Source: a bacterium
GTDB lineage: Bacteria > Sysuimicrobiota > Sysuimicrobiia > Sysuimicrobiales > Kaftiobacteriaceae
NCBI GenBank assembly: GCA_044868695.1
Contig: JBIOWP010000062.1
Span: 1-19,868 of the forward strand
DNA length: 19,868 nucleotides
Direction of reading: 5' to 3'
Part shown: positions 8,566 through 16,640 of the stretch, piece after piece
How the letters are laid out: each line of letters starts with the position of its first letter
Numbering within the stretch: the first letter of the stretch is position 1
The notes under the pieces: generated by a model
Databases searched by the model: none
What the model was told of the DNA's origin: nothing
Seen by the model: only the letters and a program-made list of their open reading frames with translations
Program-made: the position numbers and the translations under genes

Positions 8566-9513
8566 ATGGTTTCCCCTCACACGGACAATTCCTCCGCAGC
8601 CCGCCGGAAGCCCACACCGGCCCCGGGTGATCCGCACCCAGACATCGCTGCGTTCCTGCGGGTCCTGGAAGGGGAGCGCGGGGCCTCACCGCATACGCTC
8701 CTCGCCTACCGCCGAGATCTCCGGCAGTTCACCGCGTTCCTCAGGGACGCGGGGATCACGGCCTGGGATCAGGTCACGCCGCAGCTGGCGCGCCGATACG
8801 TCGCCGTCCTGGACCGCCGCTATGCACGCAGCGCAACCGCAAGACACCTGTCCGCGGTCCGGACATTGTTCCGGTTTCTGTACCGGGAAGGCAGGGTGTC
8901 GGTGGACCCGATGGTGCTCGTGTCCAGTCCGAAACGGCAGCGCCGGCTCCCAAAGTTCCTCACGCCCGACGAAGTACGGGTGATCCTGCAGGCGCCGGAT
9001 CTCTCGACGCCATCGGGACTGCGCGACCGCGCGATGCTGGAGGTGCTCTACGCCACCGGGATCCGCGTCGCAGAGTTGGTCGCCCTCCGGGTTCCCGATC
9101 TTCAATGGGAGGGCGAACTCCGCGTCACCGGCAAGGGACGAAGAGAGCGGGTGGTGTTGGTGGCCGATGCCGCGGTGGAGGCGCTGCGCCGGTACCTGCA
9201 GTTCGGGCGGCCGAGGTTGTCCCCCACCCGGGGGACGGAGGCCGTGTTCGTCAACGCCCGCGGAGGGCCGCTGACCGACCGCGGCGTGCGCCTCATCCTC
9301 GACCGGGCCATCCGTCAGGCCGCGCTCGCCCGCCGCGTGAGCCCGCACGTCCTGCGGCATACGTTTGCCACCCACCTGCTGGACGGTGGCGCGGACCTGC
9401 GGACGGTGCAGGAACTGCTCGGCCACGTGAACCTGGCCACGACCCAGATCTACACCCACGTGTCGCGCGACTGGCTCAAACGCGTCTACGATAAGGCGCA
9501 CCCGAGAGCCTAA
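8566..9513 (+). CDS. xerC: Tyrosine recombinase XerC/XerD family
   Basis: ASPHTLLAYRRDL N-terminal domain, RLPK.L, LRDRAMLEVLYATGIR, GKG, PHVLRHTFATHLL, LLGH and TTQIYTHV (R-K-H-R-H-Y set intact). Its position after topA is typical of xerC/codV. The start is uncertain (GTG 8542 or ATG 8566). Confidence 0.9.
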   Translation: MVSPHTDNSSAARRKPTPAPGDPHPDIAAFLRVLEGERGASPHTLLAYRRDLRQFTAFLRDAGITAWDQVTPQLARRYVAVLDRRYARSATARHLSAVRTLFRFLYREGRVSVDPMVLVSSPKRQRRLPKFLTPDEVRVILQAPDLSTPSGLRDRAMLEVLYATGIRVAELVALRVPDLQWEGELRVTGKGRRERVVLVADAAVEALRRYLQFGRPRLSPTRGTEAVFVNARGGPLTDRGVRLILDRAIRQAALARRVSPHVLRHTFATHLLDGGADLRTVQELLGHVNLATTQIYTHVSRDWLKRVYDKAHPRA

Positions 9514-9522
9514 CTGCCCACA

Positions 9523-9604
9523 AGTTGAAAAGTTGGAGAGTTGGAGCGTTGAAACGTTAACGGCCGCTTACTCTTCAACTCTCCAACGCTTCAACTTTCC
9601 AACC
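9523..9604. repeat. Inverted pair of 8-mer tandem arrays (MGTTGRAR x4-5 / YTYCAACN x4)
   Basis: Left arm: AGTTGAAA AGTTGGAG AGTTGGAG CGTTGAAA CGTTAACG (9523-9562). Right arm: CTTCAACT CTCCAACG CTTCAACT TTCCAACC (9573-9604), which are reverse complements of the same unit. Confidence 0.9.
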
Positions 9605-9618
9605 TCGTGTGGTATACT
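9590..9618 (+). promoter_or_regulatory. Sigma70/SigA-type promoter of the rpsB operon
   Basis: Extended -10 TG-G-TATACT (9610-9618) with a weak -35 TTCAAC (9590-9595) at a 17-nt spacing. Confidence 0.7.
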
Positions 9619-9700
9619 ACGTCGGGTTCGAACCCGCGCAGGAGCTCGCCCCGGGCGAATCGGCCGGGGCGTGGTCATCTGTGCGGGACGGCCCCACATC

Positions 9701-9780
9701 TCACACGTCTCCCGATCTGGCCGGGGGGTGCCCGCGACGGGTCCCGGCGGGCATGACGGAGGCGGTGGCAGCCAACCACA
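9701..9780 (+). ncRNA. t44 / ribosomal protein S2 autoregulatory leader
   Basis: CACACG start and CCGGGGGGTGCCC...GGGT core resemble the t44 (rpsB leader) family. Pairings: CGTCTCC 9706-9712 with GGAGGCG 9758-9764, CCGGGG 9721-9726 with TCCCGG 9742-9747, and CCCG/CGGG 9731-9741. It lies directly before the rpsB SD GGGAGG (9781-9786). Confidence 0.7.
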
Positions 9781-9795
9781 GGGAGGATAACGCGA

Positions 9796-10640
9796 GTGCC
9801 GGTCGTCACGATGAAACAGCTGCTGGAAGCCGGGGTCCACTTCGGGCACCAGACCCGCCGGTGGAACCCCAAGATGGCCCGCTTCATCTTCACCGAGCGC
9901 AACGGCATCCACATCATCGATCTTCAGAAGAGCGTCCCCATGATCGAAGAGGCGTACCAGTTCGTGCGGGGCGCGGTGGCCGACGGCGGAGCGTGTCTGT
10001 TCGTCGGCACCAAGAAGCAGGCGCAGGACGCCATCCGCGAGGAGGCGGCCCGCGCGCAGCAGCCGTATGTGAGCCAGCGGTGGCTGGGCGGGATGCTGAC
10101 GAACTTTGCGACCATCCGGCGGCGCGTGGAACGGCTGCGTGAGATCGAGGACATGCGCGACCGCGGCCACCTGGACGTGCTGCCGAAGCGAGAGCAGGCG
10201 CGGCTCATGGAAGAGCTCGCCCGGCTGGAGAAGTACCTGGGCGGCGTCAAGAACATGACGCAGCTGCCCGCCGCCATCTACGTGGTCGATACGCGCAAGG
10301 AGCACATCGGGGTCGCCGAGTCTCGCAAGCTGGGCATCCCCGTGGTGGCCATCGTCGACACCAACTGTGACCCCGACGAGATCGACTACCCCATCCCGGG
10401 CAACGACGACGCCATCCGCGCGGTCCGGTTGATTACCAGCCGCATCGCCAACGCGGCGCTCGAAGGGCTGGAAGAACGCCGCAAGCGTGAGGTCGTCGAG
10501 GAAGGCGCCGCTGCGCCGGCGCTCGAGGAACCCGCCGCACCGGGCCAGGAGATCACGGGAGAAGAAGCCGTTCCCCTCGAGGCCCTGGATGTCGTGCCGC
10601 CGGTGAGGGAACTTGTCGAAGGAGAAGAGGTCAAGGGGTG

Positions 10641-10641
<1 letters not shown>
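9796..10641 (+). CDS. rpsB: 30S ribosomal protein S2
   Basis: [46 protein letters not shown] and PGNDDAIRA; acidic C-terminal tail. Confidence 0.99.
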
Positions 10642-11237
<596 letters not shown>

Positions 11238-11260
11238 GTCCGACACGAGGAGGACGCGGA

Positions 11261-12013
11261 ATCTCCTCCACAGCGTCCGCTCCCAAGTACCAGCGCATAC
11301 TCCTTAAACTCAGCGGCGAGGCCCTGGCCGGCGACGGCCATTCGGGCCTCGACGCATCTGTGCTGCGCCTGGTCGCGCAGGAAGTGAAGGGGGTCGTCGC
11401 ACACGGCGTGGAGGTGGCAATCGTGGTCGGCGGCGGCAACGTGGTGCGGGGCGCCGACATGTCGGCGCGCCTGAAGATTGACGAGGTCACCGCGCACCAT
11501 ATGGGCATGCTGGCGACGGTGATCAACGCCCTGGCGCTGCAGGACATCATGGAGAAAGAAGGGCTGGTGACCCGGGTCCAGACGGCCATCGAGATGCACC
11601 AGATCGCCGAGCCGTTCATCCGCCGCCGCGCGATCCGCCACCTGGAGAAGAGCCGGGTCGTGATCTTCGCCGGCGGCACCGGCAGCCCGTACTTCACCAC
11701 CGATACGGCCGCGGCGCTGCGGGCGATCGAGATCGAGGCCGACGCGCTCCTCATGGCTAAGCGCGGCGTCGGCGGGGTGTACGACAAAGATCCCAACGTG
11801 CATAAGGACGCCGTGATGTTCCGGGAGCTCGGCTACATGGACGTCCTCAACCGCGACCTGAAGGTCATGGACATGACCGCAGTCGCCCTGTGCAAGGACA
11901 ACAACATGGACATCATCGTCTTCGACGTGGCCCGGCCCGGGAACGTGAAGCGCGCGGTGCTGGGCGAAGAGGTCGGCACGCTGGTCTCGGCGGGAAGCCG
12001 GAGCCGGCGATGA
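11261..12013 (+). CDS. pyrH: Uridylate kinase (UMP kinase); probable non-canonical ATC start
   Basis: The conserved N-terminal [16 protein letters not shown] (from 11285) is in frame with, but upstream of, the ORF-track start 11360. [38 protein letters not shown] and LKVMD.TA follow. Gene identity is near certain; the start is inferred. Confidence 0.95.
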   Translation: MSSTASAPKYQRILLKLSGEALAGDGHSGLDASVLRLVAQEVKGVVAHGVEVAIVVGGGNVVRGADMSARLKIDEVTAHHMGMLATVINALALQDIMEKEGLVTRVQTAIEMHQIAEPFIRRRAIRHLEKSRVVIFAGGTGSPYFTTDTAAALRAIEIEADALLMAKRGVGGVYDKDPNVHKDAVMFRELGYMDVLNRDLKVMDMTAVALCKDNNMDIIVFDVARPGNVKRAVLGEEVGTLVSAGSRSRR

Positions 12014-12567
12014 TCAACGACGCCATCGCGGACGCCAAGGCCCACATGCAGAAGGCGATCGAGGCGACCCGGCACGAGTTCGCGTCGCTGCGCACGGGCC
12101 GCGCGAGCCCCGCGTTGCTGGAGCAGATCCGCGTCGACTACTACGGGGCACCCACCCCCGTCACACAACTGGCCACGGTGACCGTCCCCGAGCCGCGGCT
12201 GCTGGTGATCAGTCCGTGGGACAAGAAGATGGTCAAAGACGTCGAGAAGGCGATCCTCAAGAGCGAGCTGGGGCTCGTGCCCAGCAGCGACGGGGTCCAC
12301 GTGCGGGTGCCCATCCCGCCGTTGACCGAAGAGCGGCGCAAGGACCTTGTCAAGATCGCGCGCAAGCATGCGGAGGATGGGCGCGTGGCCGTGCGTAACA
12401 TCCGCCGCGACGCCAAGGAAGTGATCGAGCAACTGGAAGAGGACGGCGACATCTCCGAAGATGAGGCCAAGCGCGGGCTGGAGGAGCTGCAGAAGCTCAC
12501 GGACAAGACGATCGCGGAGATCGACGCGTTGCTGGCCGCCAAGGACAAGGAAATCATGGAGCTATGA
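12010..12567 (+). CDS. frr: Ribosome recycling factor
   Basis: [30 protein letters not shown] and [14 protein letters not shown] 12010 overlaps the pyrH stop (ATGA); the ORF-track start 11890 is an overextension. Confidence 0.98.
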   Translation: MINDAIADAKAHMQKAIEATRHEFASLRTGRASPALLEQIRVDYYGAPTPVTQLATVTVPEPRLLVISPWDKKMVKDVEKAILKSELGLVPSSDGVHVRVPIPPLTEERRKDLVKIARKHAEDGRVAVRNIRRDAKEVIEQLEEDGDISEDEAKRGLEELQKLTDKTIAEIDALLAAKDKEIMEL

Positions 12568-12797
12568 CGCGCCCCGCGTTCGAGGTCGATGACCTCATTG
12601 GCCAGGAGGTTGAAGAGGCGCGGGCCAGGCTGGCGGCCGCGGGGATGCCGGTCGGCGCGGAGGTGGAGACCAGACCGCCGCGCCCCGTCGCGCTGGAGGG
12701 TCCTCTGCGCGTCGTTCGCGCACGCCGCGGCGAGCGAGGGCTCGTCGAATTGGTCGTGACCCGCGAGCGGTTCCGTCCGGCGCCACCCCGTGAGTAG
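12564..12797 (+). CDS. Small hypothetical protein, PASTA-like single domain (77 aa)
   Basis: ATGA overlap with frr and overlap with the uppS start. V.DLIGQ.VEEA.A.L..AG...V..., RVVR and VELVV resemble the PASTA pattern (VPDLVG....A...L...GL...V....V.LVVS). Confidence 0.65.
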   Translation: MTRPAFEVDDLIGQEVEEARARLAAAGMPVGAEVETRPPRPVALEGPLRVVRARRGERGLVELVVTRERFRPAPPRE

Positions 12798-13554
12798 TCC
12801 GCAGCCGGGTCCGCGGCGCGCCGGCGCGCCCGCGCTTCACTCTGAAAAGATTCCTTCCCACATCGCCATCATTATGGACGGTAACGGTCGCTGGGCGGCC
12901 GACCGCGGGCTGCCCCGGGTCGAGGGCCACCGGGCCGGGGTGGCGGCGGCCCGGCGGACGATCGAGGGCTGTCATGAGTGCGGCGTCCGCGTCCTCACGC
13001 TCTACGCCTTCTCCACGGAGAACTGGCGGCGGCCGGCCGACGAGGTCGAGGCGTTGATGCGGCTGCTGGGCGAGGCGGTGACCGACCAGGCGGACGATCT
13101 GATGCGCGCGGGCGTCCGGCTGCGCTTCAGCGGCGATCTCGCGTCGCTGGATGCCGGTCTGCGCGACCAGATGGAGCAGGTCACCGCGCTGACGCGCGAC
13201 AACACCGGGTTGGTGCTGAACGTCGCCTACAATTACGGCGGCCGGGCGGAGATCGTGACCGCCGTTCGCCGGCTCGCCGAAGAGATCGGCGCCGGGCGTC
13301 TAGCTCCTCCGCAGATCGACGAGGCCGCCCTGGGCCGCCGCCTGTACACCAGCGACCTTCCCGACCCCGATTTGCTCATCCGGACCGGGGGGGAGCAGCG
13401 GATCAGCAACTTTCTCTTGTGGCAGATCGCCTACACCGAGCTCTATTTCTGCGGGGTCTACTGGCCGGACTTCGACCAGTCCCACCTGCGCGCCGCGATC
13501 GCCGATTATCAGCAGCGGCGCCGCCGGTTCGGCGGAGTCGAGGATGACTCGTGA
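12790..13554 (+). CDS. uppS: Undecaprenyl/polyprenyl diphosphate synthase (cis-prenyltransferase)
   Basis: HIAIIMDGNGRWA, GHRAG, YAFSTENWRRP..EV, NYGGRAEI, PDLLIRTGGEQRISNFLLWQ and RRFGG. Confidence 0.98.
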   Translation: MSSPQPGPRRAGAPALHSEKIPSHIAIIMDGNGRWAADRGLPRVEGHRAGVAAARRTIEGCHECGVRVLTLYAFSTENWRRPADEVEALMRLLGEAVTDQADDLMRAGVRLRFSGDLASLDAGLRDQMEQVTALTRDNTGLVLNVAYNYGGRAEIVTAVRRLAEEIGAGRLAPPQIDEAALGRRLYTSDLPDPDLLIRTGGEQRISNFLLWQIAYTELYFCGVYWPDFDQSHLRAAIADYQQRRRRFGGVEDDS

Positions 13555-14387
13555 TGCGGCATCTGCGGGTGACGTTCGCTCGCGCGGGGCTGATGCCGCG
13601 TGTACTGACTGCGGCGGTCGGTATTCCGCTGCTCCTGGCAGCCGCGTGGTGGAATGGTCCCTGGTGGATCGGGGTCGTGGTTCTCATTGTGGCGCTGGGT
13701 GCCGAGGAATTCGCTCGGCTCCATCCGACCCTGGTCCCCTCGGCGCGGGCCGCCGTGGGACTGGGCGCGCTGCTGCTGGCAGCGGGACTGGCTCGCCTTG
13801 GACCCACGACTGCGCCCCGCGTGATCGGCGCGGTTGCGGCGGTCCTGATCGTCGTGGTGGGCATACAGCTCAGGGCGCCGGTGGCCCCGGGGACGGCCCT
13901 CTGGAGTCCCTGGCCGACCGCGCTCCTGGGTGTAATCTACCTGGGGCTGCCGGGTGGCGTGTTGATCCGCTGGCGTGCGGAGTTGGGTTTCGCCGGCTTG
14001 CTCTGGTTTCTCGCGGCGATCTGGATGAACGACATCGCCGCGTATTTCGTGGGGTTGGCCGCGGGCCGTCACAAGATGGCGCCGGCGATCAGTCCCGGCA
14101 AGTCATGGGAAGGTGGATTGACCGGCGCTGCGGCGGCCGGTCTGACCGCCGCGCTGGGGTCGGCCGCACTCGGGCTGGGGCCGTGGACGGGCGTGCTGCT
14201 GGGAATCATGGCCAGCGTCACGTCCCAGGCCGGCGACCTCTTTGAATCGGCGATGAAGCGACGCGCCGGCGTGAAAGACTCAGGCGCGCTGCTGCCGGGC
14301 CACGGCGGCATTCTGGACCGTTTTGACGGACTGCTGGTCGCCTCGCCGGTCGCGTACGTCTTGGTAAGCTGGGCCGGCCGCCCGTGA
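13551..14387 (+). CDS. cdsA: Phosphatidate cytidylyltransferase
   Basis: Hydrophobic protein with DIAAYFVG..G.HK.AP.ISPGKSWEG and GDLFESAMKR.AGVKDSG.LLPGHGGILDRFD. An alternative start is ATG 13593. Confidence 0.96.
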   Translation: MMRHLRVTFARAGLMPRVLTAAVGIPLLLAAAWWNGPWWIGVVVLIVALGAEEFARLHPTLVPSARAAVGLGALLLAAGLARLGPTTAPRVIGAVAAVLIVVVGIQLRAPVAPGTALWSPWPTALLGVIYLGLPGGVLIRWRAELGFAGLLWFLAAIWMNDIAAYFVGLAAGRHKMAPAISPGKSWEGGLTGAAAAGLTAALGSAALGLGPWTGVLLGIMASVTSQAGDLFESAMKRRAGVKDSGALLPGHGGILDRFDGLLVASPVAYVLVSWAGRP

Positions 14388-14397
14388 CGCCCATTCG

Positions 14398-14425
14398 AGG
14401 GACCGGGGACCGGGGACCAGGGACC
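14398..14425 (+). repeat. Heptamer tandem repeat (RGGGACC x4)
   Basis: AGGGACC GGGGACC GGGGACC AGGGACC, ending 5 nt before the dxr ATG. Confidence 0.9.
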
Positions 14426-14430
14426 GGAAG

Positions 14431-15573
14431 ATGAAGCGGATTATTGTTCTCGGGTCAACGGGAAGTATCGGCGCACAGGCGCTGGAGATCGTGGAGCGCA
14501 CCGGCGAGTTTGAGGTCGTCGGTCTCGGCGCCCGATCCAATGCTGGCTCGCTCGCCCAACAGGCGCGCCGGTTCCGGCCGGCGGTCGTGGGCCTTGTCGA
14601 TCCCCAGGCCGCCGCCCAACTGCGCGCCACGCTGCCGCCGTCGACTATGGTGCTGTCCGGTCCGCACGCCATGCAGGAGCTGGCGGGATGGGGCGAGGCC
14701 GATCTGGTGGTCGTGGCGGTTGTCGGCGTCGCGGGGCTCCTGCCGACGCTGGCGGCGCTGCGCGCCGGCCGCGACGTCGCCCTGGCCAACAAGGAAACGC
14801 TGGTCGCCGGCGGCGCGCTCGTGATGCACGAGGCGCGCGAGCGGGGCAGGCGGCTGCTCCCCGTTGACAGCGAGCACGCCGCGATCGCCCAGTGCCTGCG
14901 GGGAGAGTCCGCCACGGACGTGCGGAGAATCCTCCTCACGGGATCCGGGGGCCCGCTGCTGCGGCGGCCGCTCGAGGCGCTGGGAGGCGTGAGGATCGAG
15001 GAAGCCCTGGCCCATCCCACATGGAAAATGGGCAAGAAGATTACCGTGGACTCGGCCACGTTGATGAACAAAGGCCTCGAGGTCATCGAGGCGCACTGGC
15101 TATTCGGCGTGGCGCCTGACCGCATCGAGGTCGTCATCCATCCTCAGAGCATCGTACACTCGATGGTAGAATTCATTGACGGGACCGTGAAGGCGCAGCT
15201 GGCGCCTCCGGACATGCGGCTGGTCATCGCGTACGCGCTGCGCGGGGAAGCCCGGATGCCGATCGGCGCGGCGGGGCTGGGGTGGGAGCAGCTCACGTTG
15301 ACCTTTGAACGTCCGGATCCCGCGCGGTATCCGTGCCTGGCCTACGCGTACGAGGCCCTGGCGCGCGGCGGGACAATGCCGGCGGTGATGAACGCCGCCA
15401 ACGAGGTGGCGGTCGAACAGTTCCTGGCGGGACGGATCGGGTTCCTCGACATCGCCCGCACGGTGCGGTGGGCGATGGACGCGCACCGGCCGACCGCATA
15501 CCCGTCTGTCGACGACATCTTGGCCGTGGACGCCTGGGCCCGGACCCAGGCAGCGGCGAAACTGGTGAGCTGA
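14431..15573 (+). CDS. dxr: 1-deoxy-D-xylulose 5-phosphate reductoisomerase
   Basis: LGSTGSIG, LANKETLV, PVDSEH, TGSGGP, HPTWKMGKKITVDSATLMNKGLEVIEA, HPQSIVHSMV and NAANEVAV. Confidence 0.98.
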   Translation: MKRIIVLGSTGSIGAQALEIVERTGEFEVVGLGARSNAGSLAQQARRFRPAVVGLVDPQAAAQLRATLPPSTMVLSGPHAMQELAGWGEADLVVVAVVGVAGLLPTLAALRAGRDVALANKETLVAGGALVMHEARERGRRLLPVDSEHAAIAQCLRGESATDVRRILLTGSGGPLLRRPLEALGGVRIEEALAHPTWKMGKKITVDSATLMNKGLEVIEAHWLFGVAPDRIEVVIHPQSIVHSMVEFIDGTVKAQLAPPDMRLVIAYALRGEARMPIGAAGLGWEQLTLTFERPDPARYPCLAYAYEALARGGTMPAVMNAANEVAVEQFLAGRIGFLDIARTVRWAMDAHRPTAYPSVDDILAVDAWARTQAAAKLVS

Positions 15574-16638
15574 ATGGGTGAGAGCCTGAGCGCGTCTGTG
15601 ATCGCCGCCGTCGTGGCCTTCGGCATCATGATTTTCGTCCACGAACTGGGCCACTTTCTGGTGGCCAAGCGCGTGGGGATCACCGTGCATGCCTTTGCGC
15701 TGGGGTTCGGGCCGAAACTGATCGGTTTCACGCGGAACAATACGACCTATGCCATCAACCTGGTTCCCTTCGGCGGCTACGTGAGGCTGGCCGGCGAAGA
15801 CCTCGATGATAGCGGCGGGCCGGACAGCTTCCGGGCGAAGACGGTCTGGCAGCGGATGGGGGTGCTGGCGGCCGGGCCGCTGATGAACCTGTTTCTGGCC
15901 CTCGTGATCCTGGCCGGCCTCGCGCTCGTGTTGGGGGTGCCGGTCGGAGTGACGAACCGCATCGGCCAGCTGATGACGAGGTGTTCCGATGACGGCCGCC
16001 AGGTGCCGTGTCCGGCGACGCAGGCGGGGCTGCGGCCGGGCGATGCCATCGTGGCGATCAACGGCGTGCCCATGGCATCCGGCGACCAGGTCATCGACAC
16101 GATTCACCGGAACCCGAAGGCCGCCCTCAGTCTCACGGTGGAACGCGACGGCCGGCGGTTTGAGGTCCAGGTCACCTCGGTGCGCGATCCGGCCCAGCGC
16201 ATCGGGCTGATCGGTTTCCGGCCCGAAGCCATCCGCGAACAGATGGGACCGGTCCGCGCCGTGTGGTGGGGGCTGACGAACGTCGCGCAGACCGCCCGCG
16301 CGCTGCTTATGGCGTTGGCCACGCTGGTAGTCCGGCCCCGGGACGTGCTCGATTCCCTGATGGGACCGGTGGGCGCCGTGCGGTTCCTGGGCGAGTCCGC
16401 CCGCGGCGGCGGCGAACTGTTCTTGTACACCGCGGCAGCCATGAGCGTGATCATCGGCATCTTCAACCTGCTGCCGGTCCCGGCGCTGGACGGCGGCCGG
16501 CTGCTGTTCCTGGTGGTCGAGGCGGTGCGGCGGCGTCCAGTCGATCCGAGACGCGAAGGCTACATCCACATGGTCGGATTTGCGCTGCTGCTCCTGCTGC
16601 TGTTAACATTAACCGTGCGCGATATCGGAAAACTCTAG
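15574..16638 (+). CDS. rseP: Site-2 (M50) intramembrane zinc metalloprotease with one PDZ domain
   Basis: HELGH zinc motif, F.LGFGP, PFGGYV, AGPLMN, PDZ AGLRPGD.I.AING and FNLLPVPALDGG; it lies between dxr and ispG. Confidence 0.95.
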   Translation: MGESLSASVIAAVVAFGIMIFVHELGHFLVAKRVGITVHAFALGFGPKLIGFTRNNTTYAINLVPFGGYVRLAGEDLDDSGGPDSFRAKTVWQRMGVLAAGPLMNLFLALVILAGLALVLGVPVGVTNRIGQLMTRCSDDGRQVPCPATQAGLRPGDAIVAINGVPMASGDQVIDTIHRNPKAALSLTVERDGRRFEVQVTSVRDPAQRIGLIGFRPEAIREQMGPVRAVWWGLTNVAQTARALLMALATLVVRPRDVLDSLMGPVGAVRFLGESARGGGELFLYTAAAMSVIIGIFNLLPVPALDGGRLLFLVVEAVRRRPVDPRREGYIHMVGFALLLLLLLTLTVRDIGKL

Positions 16639-16640
16639 CC

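Noticed and set aside
6406..8637. 743-aa minus-strand ORF
   Set aside because: Antisense shadow of topA, expected from high-GC3 codon usage; no recognisable motifs.
8566..9513. Tyrosine recombinase as a phage or island integrase
   Set aside because: Xer-type size and motifs, no arm-binding domain, conserved position after topA, host-like composition and no att site or cargo nearby.
9523..9604. Short repeat arrays (also 14398-14425 and 19046-19090) as CRISPR
   Set aside because: Units are 7-9 bp and contiguous, with no unique spacers and no cas genes.
9621..9640. GGTTCGAACCC as a tRNA T-arm
   Set aside because: The stem does not pair in T-arm register, there is no D-arm, anticodon arm or acceptor stem, and it lies right after the -10 box.
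15100..16569. 489-aa minus-strand ORF and other long overlapping ORFs (e.g. 5055-6083, 7527-8489, 10856-11803)
   Set aside because: They overlap well-supported genes and have low-complexity R/G/A/P/H-rich translations typical of alternative frames in high-GC DNA.
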